Shown here piece after piece: positions 27,896 through 40,448 of a DNA stretch of 64,000 nt; position 1 is the stretch's first letter; every line of letters starts with the position of its first letter. Where the stretch lies: NCBI GenBank assembly GCA_964016885.1, contig OZ024742.1:288362001-288426000 (forward strand), given 5' to 3'. The notes under the pieces were generated by a model. That model was given only the letters and a program-made list of their open reading frames with translations. It did not search any database and was not told the origin of the DNA. The translations under genes were made by a program, and so were the position numbers. Source of the DNA: Eledone cirrhosa (lineage: Eukaryota).

Positions 27896-29139
27896 CAGAG
27901 TGACTAAAAAGAAATCTGGCCCTGTTTCTATTTTTGTCAACATTATTCATTTTTAGACAAAAACAGATGAAACTTTTAATGTATTTAGTTCAAACCATTA
28001 AAAACAACATCAAAATTTCACTTTCTTCTGATGTTTCTATGCATTATTTTGGACACATGATGAAGTTTAGCATAATGTTTTTACAAACAGACTAGGGATG
28101 GCTCTGATCTCCTTTCTGATGTTTTCCTTTAGTTTGTTGACACCTATTTTTCAAACAACTCCAAAGAAAGAAATCATGGCTGTGTGGGGCCCACACAAAA
28201 TCAGTCTTCAAACTGATCTCACGATTTCCAAAGTTATTTTTCAGCCATTCTCTCAACTTATTGGAGGTGTGAGGACTTGCTCCATATTGTTGGAACTAGA
28301 ACTTAATTCATTGGAGATGGGTACATGGTCTGTAGCTCCTTTTCAAAGTTTTTCAGGACCTCCACATAGCATTCTTTTATGACTGTAGAAGTGACACCAT
28401 TTTCTTCAAAGAAGCATGAGCCAATCAACCCTCTCTCTCAGATATGACAGCCAAGATGGTACATTTAGCCAAATGGAAAGGTTTCATAGCTACTTCAGTG
28501 GGTTTCTCTGACCCCAAAACACATTGATCTCCCCTTCTAAATGAAAGTGAGCTTCATCTGAAGTCCACAACAAATACAGGAAATTTGGTTTTTTTGCAGC
28601 CATAAGCACTTTCTCTTAGTTTTATCAGCTACAGTAAGCTTTTGTTTAGTCTGTATTCTGTAGGAGTACTTCTTAAGATTCTCTTTGACAACCCTTCTGA
28701 AAGTCTCTGTGGAGAGACCCAAGGAATGGCTTTTTCTGTGCAGTGATCGTATTACACTTTGTTCAACTGACTCTCAGACCATGTCAATAACTTCTTGTGT
28801 ATACATCCTGGGTTGTCCAGATTGGGTAGGGTGGTCCCTAAATATTAATGTTCTTCACTGTCCCATAGGTTTCAAACTTCTTCACCCAGTTTTGTATATT
28901 GACTTTGAAGGGAGATTTGGCTGTTCCATTGCATGAAATTGCCCCTGGACCTGTTTTTACAAGCCACACATATAATAGTGTTTCATACAGAAAATCTTAT
29001 GCTGAAGCTCCCATGGGGTTCTTGATGTCTTCCCAGACATTGTATCTGCCATGTCCTGAAATTTAAGGTTAATCAATTAGAAAATGAATTTATAGTGATA
29101 CAAAACATGTACGGAGTCCTTTTTCTTTTAGCCACCCTG
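27896..29139 (-). mobile_element. Decayed Tc1/mariner-superfamily element (rosa/DD41D-like)
   Basis: TA|cagagtgactaaaaagaaa ... tttcttttagccaccctg|TA; minus-strand remnants YSYRIQTKQKL and SDEAHFHL. Confidence 0.75.
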
Positions 29140-29669
29140 TATGTATACTTGTGTATAAACGGTACACCTCTATTTTACCCTATATTTGGAATTGAAGTTT
29201 TGTGGGTTATGTAGATAAATCACATGCTGGTTTTTTTTTTCACTTCATATTTTCATGAGGGTGACTTATACATGAGTATATACAGTATATGTAAGTATAT
29301 AGGTAATTGAGTAGATTAATAGCTGGATATATAGGTCGATAGAGAGACAGTTAGGTCAATCATAGATAGATGTTGTATTTATTGTCCAAAGATAGATACA
29401 TAAGTAGATGCATAAATCACTTTTGCATGACCAAAATTGTATATTATATGGACTGACAGGCAGATAGTTGGAAAGCTATATGTAAATCTAAACTATAATA
29501 AAGGAAGGTCTGCGGGACTGCATACGGTTTATTTTTTTTTATCCCGTTTGTAAAATAAGTTGGATTACTTTGAATAAATATTGAATAAATATTACATAAT
29601 TTATCTACTAAATTTCGTAAACAAAAATAATTTCGTAAAAATAAATAATTTAAAATTGACTTCTTTTCA

Positions 29670-29775
29670 AAGTTACACTTCCGGTATATCGTTGCCACCA
29701 CCACCACTTCAACAACCATATATATATATATAGAAAGAGAGAGTGTGTGATGTCAACACTTCCGGTGGCGATCGC
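29670..29775. promoter_or_regulatory. Candidate housekeeping or bidirectional promoter
   Basis: Two CACTTCCGGT ETS-type motifs (core at 29677-29684 and 29758-29765) with retained CpGs in unique sequence. Confidence 0.45.
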
Positions 29776-30309
29776 TTAAATAAACATACTAATTTTCTGT
29801 CACTAATTTTCTCCTAATGTAGTTTATATATAATACCGTCTTTTTTTAACGTATCATTGATTACGTTACTGATTACATAAGACAATGTAACACAGTCTTC
29901 TTTCAATTTCTGTGTATATTGTCAATTACGATTTTATTTGATCATATCTACATGTATATATACTTGCGTATAATATCAATATACACACTACACATGCTAG
30001 CAGAAAAATCCGAAGGGTGGTTTTTATGCTAGTTATAAATAGTAATTGAAATGATTTGAATTATAAATAAATAAAACAAAAAAATACAGTAATTTATTGG
30101 AGACATAAGGGATGTTGAACATGAACTTATATAGAAAACATGGCTTTCCTGTTAATTTCAAACAAATCAAACAGTTCTTATCCTATAGAAATTATTTCTA
30201 TATGAAATAAATCATACATATGCATGTATATATATACATACATTACATACATACATATACACACACCTTTAACAGATGTTAAATAATGATGATGATATAT
30301 GATATATAT

Positions 30310-31908
30310 CATCAGGCAGCTGTTTGGGGAACTGGATATTAAGACAGAGCCCTTCACCAGAGAGGAGCTTCAGAGAGCCAAGAATAGGATCAAGGAGGGC
30401 AAGGCTCATGGAGAAGATGGAGTGGCTTCAGAGGTGATGAAGAGGTGTGATTTTGATGATATCATTCTGGGGTCCTGTAACCGGGTACTGGAGAAAGGAG
30501 TTGCCCCAAATCAGTGGAGGATCAGTAACATCGTCCCAGTGCCAAAGAAGGGAGATCTCTCTAACACCAACAACTACAGGGGGATCTCACTGACGTCACT
30601 TGTGGCAAAGACCCTCAACAGGATGATTCTTAACAGGATCCAGCCTGAGATGGAGAAGAAGCTCAGGGACAACCAGAACGGCTTCAGAGAGGGAAGATCA
30701 ACCATCAGTCACATCCTGATGCTGAGGAGGATATTAGAGGGAGCTAGAGCAAAGTGCCTTCCTGCGGTCATGGTTTTCATTGACTTTAGCAAGGCCTTTG
30801 ATTCTGTGGACCGTCACTGCCTGATGAAGATCTTACAGGCTTATGGAATCCCCAAGAAGAGAGTGGACCTGATATCACTGCTCTACACCAACACCAAAGC
30901 CTAAGTCATTACACCTGATAGATGACAGAGTTCTTTGAGATACTGGCTGGAGTACTCCAGGGAGATACATTGGCTCCCTACCTCTTTATCATTGTATGCG
31001 CCTTGCACTGGAGAAACACCAGGACTCTGGCTTTACTGTAGCACCGGCTCAGAGCAGGAGAGTTAAGGCGAAAAAGGTATCAGATGCTGAATTTGCCGAC
31101 GACATAGTTTTGGTGACAAATACAGTGAAGGAAGCAGAGGATTTGATGCGGAAGGTTGAGACTGTGTCGATGAGTGTGGGGCTGAGAATGAATGAGACTA
31201 AAACAAAATATCTGGTAGAGAATGTTGAGAAGCCAGAATGAATGAGACTAAAACAAAATATCTGGTAGAGAATGTTGAGAAGCCAGAGGGGATCACTAAT
31301 GTAGGCGGGAAGCCGCTAGAATTGGTTGAGGACTTCCTGTATTTGGGAGCAAAGATTGGGAATACGGAAGATGATGTGTTTGAGAGGAAGAGCAAAGCCT
31401 GGGCGGCGTGCCACAGCTTGAGATCGGTGTGGAAGTCGGACCTTCGTAAAGACCTGAAAATCCGCCTCTTCATTGCTGTAGTGGAGTCTGTGCTGCTGTA
31501 CGGGTCTGAGACTTGGACACTGACCAAGAAACTCACTCAGATGGTGAATGGGTGCTACACGAGAATGCTGAGGATGGCTCTGAAAATTAATCAGTATACA
31601 CTGAGGATGAAAAACTCAGAGCTGTATGGGAACCCCCCAAAAGTGAGCTCAAAAGTGACACAGAGGAGACTGAGGTTAGCTGGACATGCTCACCAACATC
31701 CAGAGTTGACATTGCACTCAGTGCCCTTGTGGGAGCCCCTACATGGACACACTGGAAGAGGAAGACCAAGGTTTATGTATGTTGATGCCCTAAGGACAGA
31801 CACTGGTCTGTTGGAGACGCAGGACATGGCAGCAATAATGAGGGACAGAGACCGCTGGAGAGAACTCGTCCATGGATCTCGGGAATTTTACCCGCCCTAG
31901 ATAGATAT
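30310..31908 (+). mobile_element. RTE-like LINE family B, 5'-truncated and disrupted
   Basis: NYRGISL, QNGFREGRST, FIDFSKAFDSV, GVLQGDTLAP, EFADDI and LLYGSETW motifs; (TAGA)n tail; 50-bp tandem duplication near 31189-31288. Confidence 0.93.
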
Positions 31909-31958
31909 ATATATTATTTGTAATGTGTGTACGTATATATATATATATATATGTGTGT

Positions 31959-32567
31959 TGTCAGGTCACCAGTTGGTGCTACTGGTAACATGTATCCCAG
32001 TACAACCTGTCTCATGGTCGGGTCGTTGGCGACTAAACTGGCAACCCCACCAAGGTTTCTTGGTGAGGAGGGTGACTTTGGACATCCTGCAGGACTAAAA
32101 ACAAAACCTGTCAAAGGGCAAAGGAGCTCTTAAGAGTCAATGACCATCCAAAATCACCGGGAGAGATGACCCCTTAGCCTTTGTCAAGGCAGAATTCTAG
32201 GAGAAGGAAAACTCTGATATAACACCCGCAACCCTGATGGTATCCAATGATGTTGACTTGTTCTTCTTTTTGGTACATATCATCTTGGTTAAGAGAGTGG
32301 GACTGGCTTTGTGCAGTGCCTTTGCTCACTATAAAAGCTTCATGGCACAGGCATTGCTTTATATCTGGAGATCTCTCTGCACTTGTCGTCACATGGTACC
32401 ATGGCCCAGCACTATGTGTCAATAATTGTCAAAAGTGTAGTGTTTGTACCAGAGTTTTCAAGTCGCTGGCTGGACTGAAAAGTCACACTCGTTCAGCGCA
32501 TCCGTAGGGGTTCTCCTACATGGATATAAAGTAGTGGCCGTACTCGAAAACGAGTTGGCAGCCACCA
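31959..32567 (+). mobile_element. About 610-bp interspersed repeat, copy 2
   Basis: Inverted copy of 25175-25784; TGTCAGG...CCACCA termini. Confidence 0.75.
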
Positions 32568-32664
32568 TATATGTGTGTATATTATCATCACCGTTACACA
32601 TAAATACATATATATATAATACCTAACACCTTTCGTAACTGTACTCCTTGTTGTTGTTATTTAC

Positions 32665-32697
<33 letters not shown>

Positions 32698-32698
32698 C

Positions 32699-35086
32699 AG
32701 AAAAATGGGTAGATAAGGTAATTGATGTAAATAGAGTGAACGACAGAATAATCAAGATAAGACTTGTCCTAAATAGAACTACTGTGACAATAATATCCGC
32801 TTCCGCACCCCAATCTGGACTGCCTGGCGTTATAAAAGACAGATTCTATGAGTCGTTAATGCTCACTACCTCCCAACTAACCGACAGTGACTACATAATT
32901 ATTGCTGGCGACCTAAATGGTCATGTTGGACAACATTGTGACGGAATCCATGGAGGCTACAGGTTTGGTACCAGAATTGAGGAAGGCTTCAGAATCCTGG
33001 ATTTCTGTGACACTAATAACCTAACTATCTGTAACACAAAGTTCAAAAGACGAGACAATCACTTGATCACCTATAGATCAGGGGAACACGCCAGTCAGAT
33101 AGATTATATCCTTACCAGAAGACGTGACAAAGTGTTTGTTGTAAACACTAAATCCCTCCCCCGTGAAGAATTCACCTCCCAACATAGCCTCATAGTTAGT
33201 AACCTCATAGTCAGGTCGAGACGTACTCGACAACAGAGGAGGACTACTCTGAGAAGAAGATATTGTCGGGGAGAAGTGTGTCTGTAATGATGATGGTATA
33301 CTTGCCATCACTGATACTGATAAGAAGGTAGCTTGGAATTGTCACTATGAGAGGCTACTAAATGAGGAGAATAAGTGGGAAAAAAGATAGTCTGCCCCAA
33401 ATCGATCCAATAGAGGGACCAGCAGTGCAAGTTGAAGGTAGTATAATATATAAGACAATCAAAGATATGAAGACAGGCAAAGCCGCTGGGCCTTCGGAGA
33501 TAGTTGCTGAAATGTTGAAAGCATCTGGATAGGTGGGACACACTATGGTCACCCGGATAGTAAAGACCAAGTCATACAGAATGAGGTCATACCAAATGAC
33601 TGGCGTAGCAGCAGCATCATTAACTGCTACAAGGGTAAAGGAGATGCCCTAGATAGAGGAAACTATAGAGGCATTAAATTAATTGACCAGGTCATGAAGG
33701 TCACAGAAAGAGTTATAGTGCAACTAATCAGAGAGCGAATTGATCTAGATGAAATGCAGTTTGGGTTTGTGTCAGGTAAAAGTACCACAGGCGCTCTTTT
33801 CCTTGTACGACAACTACAGGAGAAGTACCTAGCTAAAAGTAAACCCCTATACTTAGCTTTTGTTGACTTGGAGAAAGCCTTTTGACAGAGTCCCCCGCTC
33901 CATTATCTGGTGGGCTCTTAGAAAACTAGGTGTAGATGAATGGCTTGTGAGAGCTATACAATCCATGTATAAAGAAACAGTCAGCAAGGTTAGAATTAAC
34001 AACGAATATAGTGAAGAATTTAGCGTAAAAGTTGGTGTTCATCAGGGCTCTGTCCTTAGCCCCCTCCTGTTTATTATTGCCCTCTGGGAAATGGCCATGC
34101 TCAGTGTGTAGGAAAGGAGTAGGCAGAAACTCCATTTTATGTCCCAAATGCAAAGTATGGGTGCATAAAAGATGTAGTGGAATCACAGGTAAGCTAACTA
34201 AGAACATAGATTTTATATGTGGCCAGGTGCTCAGGTGCAATAAGTAGCAAGTGCCCACAGGATACTAGCTCCTTCCATTGCCCAGATGGTTCTATAGAAA
34301 TAGTGGACACTTTCCGTTACCTGGGTGCTCTAAGGGTGCTCTGAAAGTACAGTAGCCAGAGTCAGAATGGGATGGAAAAAGTTCAGAGAGCTTATACCAC
34401 TATTGGCCGCTGAAGGTTTCTCTCTAAAAATGAAAGTCAGACGGTATGATGCCTGCATACGAACAGCAATGTTACATGGCAGTGAGACATGGGCATTATG
34501 TGCAGAGGATCTGCGCAGACTGGAGAGGAATGAAGCTTGCATGCTCCGTTGGATGTGTAATAGTTATATACGTGAACAGCAAAGCATAAGTGAGAAATTA
34601 GGAATAAGAGGGATCAGATGCTGTTTACTCAAGAGAAGACTACGTTGTTATGGTCACGTGATACGCATGAAAGACGACAGCTGTATAAAAAAGTGCAGGC
34701 CGATCAAAATTGATGGGAGCTACGGAGTAGGCAGATCCAAAAAAACCTGGGACGATTTGATAAATTCCGACCTTACACACTTACACCTCTCCAAGACAAT
34801 GTCACTGGACCGAGATCTTTGGCGCTATGCAGTAATACAGAAGACCCACCTTGCCTAATGACAAATCGAAACCTACAGTCAGTAGGCACCTCTTAACCAA
34901 AAATACACCCCATCCCACTACCCCCACCCCCATCTACAACACCCCTTTCTCTGTAAATTTATGTTGGTACCACAACATCCAGTCCTAAATAAATGAGGTT
35001 GTGTAGGTGTCACGACAAAAAAACACACAGTCCACGCTGTAATGTGGCCGTGTAGGTAACACGGTAAAAACTCCCAGTCCACACTG

Positions 35087-35089
<3 letters not shown>
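32699..35089 (+). mobile_element. RTE LINE family A with several internal deletions
   Basis: Endonuclease (GDLNGHVG, QIDYIL), RT (GVHQGSVLSP), finger and C-terminus; deletion junctions near 33258, 34082 and 34328. Confidence 0.92.
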
Positions 35090-35128
<39 letters not shown>

Positions 35129-35275
35129 CCGGGTGATGTGTTGTTTCCTCGAGCAAGACACTTTATTTCACATTGCCTCCACATATATATACGTTATTCC
35201 GGGTTGAATCGGAGGTAACCACAGTAAGTAAGGTACTCAATACATTGCAGAGTATAAAAGTTTTAATATAGATGA

Positions 35276-35324
35276 GATTCTACAGGACTAGAACTGTTTC
35301 ATTCTTTAGAAATCATCAGGAATC
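35276..35324 (-). ncRNA. Type I hammerhead ribozyme, copy 1 of a second family
   Basis: Minus strand: gauuc-CUGAUGA-uuuc(uaaa)gaau-GAAA-cag(uucuaguc)cug-UA-gaauc. All three stems close; GUA cleavage triplet; U.U at the base of stem II. Confidence 0.8.
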
Positions 35325-35381
35325 ATAAAGAATGAAACAGTTCTAGTCCTGTAGAATCTCATCTATATTAAAACTTTTATA

Positions 35382-35427
<46 letters not shown>

Positions 35428-35632
35428 TCTAAATATCTATATATATATTCTAAATATCTATTTAGAACACTGGTTTAACCGCTTTACTTCCCTCCGAAGA
35501 GATATTATCTCGAAAATTAAGGACATTTAAATAAATTTAAGGTAAAAGACTAATTGTCAACAATATCTTTTGCATTTGCATTTTTATTCTATGTCCATAC
35601 CTGCAAAAACAGGCTTTACAAATACAAACGTT

Positions 35633-35664
<32 letters not shown>

Positions 35665-35678
35665 TTTAATATAGGTGA

Positions 35679-35727
35679 GATTCTACAGGACTAGAACTGT
35701 TTCATTCTTTAGAAATCATCAGGAATC
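35679..35727 (-). ncRNA. Type I hammerhead ribozyme, copy 2 of the second family
   Basis: Same sequence as 35276-35324, followed by a short fold-back (gattcctgatgatttcta) and (TA)n. Confidence 0.8.
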
Positions 35728-36394
35728 TGATTCCTGATGATTTCTATATATATATATATATATATATAGCCGCCCACATCTTTTCCATGATTCAATACTA
35801 GTACTTCTGCTACTACTTATAATAATCCATAGTCTAGAGCCTGTAGCTCTCTAGTAACCCCCGATGCTATATAGGGCATGCAATCAATAGGGCATGCTGT
35901 GTCTATAGCTTATGGCTGTCTATAGCTGCCTATAGCTGTTTATATCTCTCGCTGCAAGCATGAGGATGAGTTCTGCTATCAACTTTCTTCCACTCATGGT
36001 ACTTCTTCACTATATTCATCATCTATATACATCTCATCTCCATATCAGCATAGTCTTATCTCTTGCATACTATATCTGATTGTTCTCATGCCCAGTTTTT
36101 CTTCCCCCAGATCATCAGTGCTGGTTCATGAACACTAATATTACACAAACTTCACCTACATTGGGTGCTTTTAGCAGTGTCCACTCTGTTGCAAATATTT
36201 AGGCCAGGTCTCTAGTTTGATGATATCGTCCTCTTTCCCTCCCACCTCAGAGGTCATGAAAATGGTTATAATTACAACTCTTCCCTCCCTCACTAAGCAA
36301 TAACAAATTTAAGTAATGGGGGTCAATTTATGTGACTATACACTCACTCAAATTTGTTTTTGTGCCAATATTATATATTATTATCATTATTTTT

Positions 36395-36578
36395 GGATTG
36401 GCAGTATCGGTAGAGGGTCGGACGCCATGCTTTCCAGCATAGTTACGTCCCTTTACGATCTGAGTTCAAATCCCGTCGAGGTTGACTTTGCCTTTCATCC
36501 TTACGGGGTCGATAAAATAAAGTACCAGTAATGCACTGAGTAATTGCTGGCCTTGTGCCTAAAGTAGAAACAATTATT
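36395..36578 (+). mobile_element. Meta-domain tRNA SINE
   Basis: Same family as 10079-10242 and 20236-20593. Confidence 0.85.
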
Positions 36579-36709
36579 TTTAATTGAGTGAGTAGGACAG
36601 TGCCTATGACCCATTTCAGGGCCTCTAAGGCTATTTCGTGGAAGGGGGGAGGTCTCTTCCAACTAGAAACCTGACTTGAATGCTTGCAACAGATTAGACT
36701 CTGCTAAAG

Positions 36710-36845
36710 GCACCAAGGACCAAGTGGTGGTATTAAACAGGGTAACTGATTAAATGTACCACCTATGGACCAGGTAGTGGTGTTAAACCAGGTAACTGAT
36801 CAAATAATCAAATCTACCACCCAAGGACCAAGTGGTGGTGTTAAA
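36710..36845. repeat. About 50-bp minisatellite, left part
   Basis: ggaccaggtggtggtgttaaac.gggtaactgattaaatctaccaccca, about 3 units; continues at 44582. Confidence 0.85.
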
Positions 36846-38281
36846 GCTGATCATCATTCAGTGGCCTCAGACGAAATTGACTCAATAATTGATCTCCACG
36901 TGGGTCTGTCATTCATTGCTGTTGCCAAGTCTTGGATTTCAATACCAGAATCTCTGGAGATGACATCGGGATAGGAGTGCTTGCACCCCCTGTTATTAGT
37001 GACTGCTTGGGGTTTCCAAAACACTAATGGGGACACAGCCTCATATGTGGCACGATATCAGTGGCCAGCAAATCATACTTTCCTTTTACTTACGACAGAT
37101 ATGCATGGGAAGCCGACATATATTTCATTCAAAGTCAAATGTCGCCAGCTTATGTTCTGAATGCGTCGAAGTAGGCAAGTGCAGGTGCCATCAAGGCATT
37201 TGAATGAAAGCATCCGTGTTTCACTTCCATATAGCAAGATTGGTTGAATTGTTACTTCGAAGAATCTGATTTTGGTGCGGTTGTAAAGATTTGAGTGCCA
37301 AACTCGATCCATCTTGTTGTAAGCTGACCATGCTTGAGCCTTTCTGGTGGCAAAATCCTTCCCAGAGTTCATGATCCAGGGCCCAAGATGCTTAAAATCC
37401 TCAACTTGCTTGATATCACTGCCGTTGATTGCTTTGATGTTGTTGCCTGTACAGTTTGATATGTACTCTGTTTTACCCTCGTTTAGATGAAGGCCAACGA
37501 GGGTGGCTGCTTCCTGGAGAGATGTCAAAAGTTGTTGCACATTTTCTAGGCAATCTGCAAGAAGTGCAATGTCATCCACAAAGTCAAGGTCAGTGAGATG
37601 TTTAGAGGGGTGCCTAGAGCTCATGTGGGGTTTGATGGTTATACTTTTGTTATTGATTTTGTCAATTGAGAGTCTCAGAGCATAGTCTAGTGCAAAGGTT
37701 CTCAACCCATTTCGACCAAACGCCCCCTTTTTCCCTTCGAAATCACGAAACGCCCCCCTACCCTTTTTTTCCATTTTTCAATATACTACTGATTTTGATA
37801 TCAGTAGATTACTAAAAAAATGATTAACGATATTCCAAAGATACCATTGCAGGCATTTGAAAGTATAAATACATTCCTTGAAAGGAAGTATATAAATTTC
37901 AAAAAAAGGAACATAAATGTTCTTTTTTATGAATTAGGACCAGTTGAATTTGTTATATTCCCACAAGACGATAGCAGCTATTTTGAACATTTATACAAGA
38001 GCAATTCTGTCTATCCAAAGAGTGTTCTTATCTGGAAGAAAGTGGCAATTGTATTATTTCAAAGCTTTCCAATTTTCCCTTTAATGAAACGGACAGAATA
38101 AATGTTGATATCTAACTTGATGTCCCCTCCGCTTTGTGACCACGCAAGAGGGTTTTCATGACCTCGTAAGAGGGTATATTCATTAGTAAACGGTAAAATA
38201 TATACAACAAATGAGTAAGTTGGTTTCCAGTCCAGTCAGACTGCAACTACAAATAAAAAATCGACTTACTTTGACCTCGTA

Positions 38282-39720
38282 TCAATGGGACCCTTGAGCT
38301 TCATGGAGTTTAGCTAACTCTTTGACGTCAGGCTGGATTTTCGTAAGCTGTAGCCGGAGATCTCCACGTGCAATCACATTGTAGCGGTTGCGAGCCTTAC
38401 TATGCAGTCTGGAAACAACGCCAAACCCCCTCTTGACTAAGTATGAGCTAGGAAAAGGCAAAGCAAATCTCTTAGCCTCTGCATGTAGGAGTGGAAATCG
38501 ATGCTGAATTTCCTCTTGCATCCAAAAAAGGGGTTCACCTATTTTGGAAAATTTCATTTTGATAATGTCATCTGTCTGAAGTCCAATTAATTCTTCCTGA
38601 AATTTAATGTCGAAATCGTCGACGTTGGCTATGAAGGGATCTGCTATCCACATTGGGATGTCCATCTGCAAAAGGTTGACAAACCGTTCTCTCATGTTGT
38701 CTTGTAGTGCATGGAGGTGCGCGGTATAAATTTGCAGTTGGTCATCGCTCACAATGTTTGAAACATTGGCGACACTAGGAAAATTATAGAATTCCCGTCG
38801 ACAAAGATTCCTTTCGATGACTTTCAATTTGGCCAGGAATATTTTCACAGCATTCCTTGCTTTAAACAAGGTGATCTTCTCCCCCTGCAAAGCCATAATG
38901 AGACTATTGCATTTGTCAAAGATGTCGGCAAGGTAGGCACAGTCTTGCCTCACATCGAGGTTTTTTTTATATAGTTCTGTGTTGCGTCCTCGAAGAAACT
39001 CAATGATAGAGTCGAACAGTTTAAAGAAGCGAGTAAGGCACTTGCCCTTTGAAAGCCACTTGCCCTTTGAAAGCCACCTCACTTCAGTATGAAGGAGCAA
39101 CTCAACGAATTCTTCGTCATTATCTTCGCACAGTTGCCGGAAAATTCGTTCATTGAGGGCATGGCGTTTGATATAATTGAAGACATCAATGGCTACCTGC
39201 AAAGACTTGCTCAGCGGCTCGCTGAGTTTCTTCGCAGTCAAGTGTTGCCGATGAATGACACAATGAACAGCAAATACAGATGGATTTTCCCTCTTCAGAA
39301 GAGAGACGAAACCCTTATGTTGGCCGACCATTGCTCTTGCGTCGTCCGTAGCACATGATACAATATTGTTAAGAGGTATCTGTTTCACCCAAGGAATGGG
39401 GCTTGCCACACTTTGCGATTATGTTGGCAATATTGTAAGATGCGACAAGTCCATCAACATTTGAAGCTTCAACTTTTGAAGTGTTGTTTTCTGGAATTGG
39501 TCCCTAAGAGACTGAAAGTATGTTAAATCTTTATATCTCTTATCGGGGTGTCTCACCTCCAGGTGTCTACTCAAACGCGATGGCTTCATCGCCTCATTCG
39601 AAAAGGACTCCTTGCAAATTAACACATGGGTGACAGGTGATTCGACGGCGATGGGATGAATCTGAACCGTAAGTAATCAACGTTGTACTGCCTGCATTTT
39701 TTCTTCATTGCTGAGGCCAT
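38282..39720 (-). pseudogene. Buster/ZBED5-like transposase, internally deleted
   Basis: BED-finger remnant (LICKE...MKPSRLSRHLEVRHP), TDDARAM, HCVIHRQHL, HTEVRWLS, PFPSSYLV and the C-terminal HEAQGSH. Confidence 0.9.
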
Positions 39721-40448
39721 TTTCTGTTTAGCGAATGTGTTTGGTAAAGTTACGCAAAGATTTGCCTATATAAGCCTATAAAATTATGTATAAGAAACTT
39801 ACTATAATGAGTCCTGTTCCAGTATGATAAAGTTTCAAGTAATATTCTGGAATAACACTTTGTAATAAACAAAACTGCAATGAAAAAGACATTAATTAAC
39901 CAAGTCGAGACAAGTTATATATGAAGATTAACCAGTCTTTCATGTAGGAATAGTAATAACTTAGCTTGAGGGAATTAAGGTGGCAGATTCAATAAAGGAT
40001 CAACGAGGCAACTAGTTCAAGAGAACTTAATGCAAGAATGACTAGTAATGTGCTATTTTGAAATGGAATTCATCAATTAAGCACGTAGTGATAAGACGCG
40101 ATAATACTAAGTTAAGATATTACTTATTAGTCAGAGTTACTCAAATTATCGCCCTTAACTTAATGCATCACTGTGATATTCTTGTAATGGTGCTGCAATT
40201 ATAATGGATGACTGTTGAAGACTACAAAAGCATTTCCTTAAACCCAAGGCTATAACAAGACTTGATCGTAGTATAAACAGTCAGTTTATATAGGAATAGC
40301 AACAACCTAGTTATAGAATAAATGATGTGGAAATGCAATGAAGATAAGATGGGATCAAGTAAACTGAATGTTAGTAAGAATGAGCTGAAGTATCGAGGTC
40401 AAGCCGATCACTGTGATGAACTCGTCAGTGAATAATGTTGCTCTTTTC

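Noticed and set aside
31959-32080. Twister or HDV-like ribozyme at the end of the 610-bp element
   Set aside because: GUCCC/GAGGG-like segments and a P1-like pairing exist, but I could not place the UAA cleavage loop, P2 or an HDV P1.
38282-39409. Domesticated ZBED5-like host gene
   Set aside because: It lies within TIRs and a TSD, with an N-terminal deletion and altered conserved motifs; it is a decayed transposon copy.
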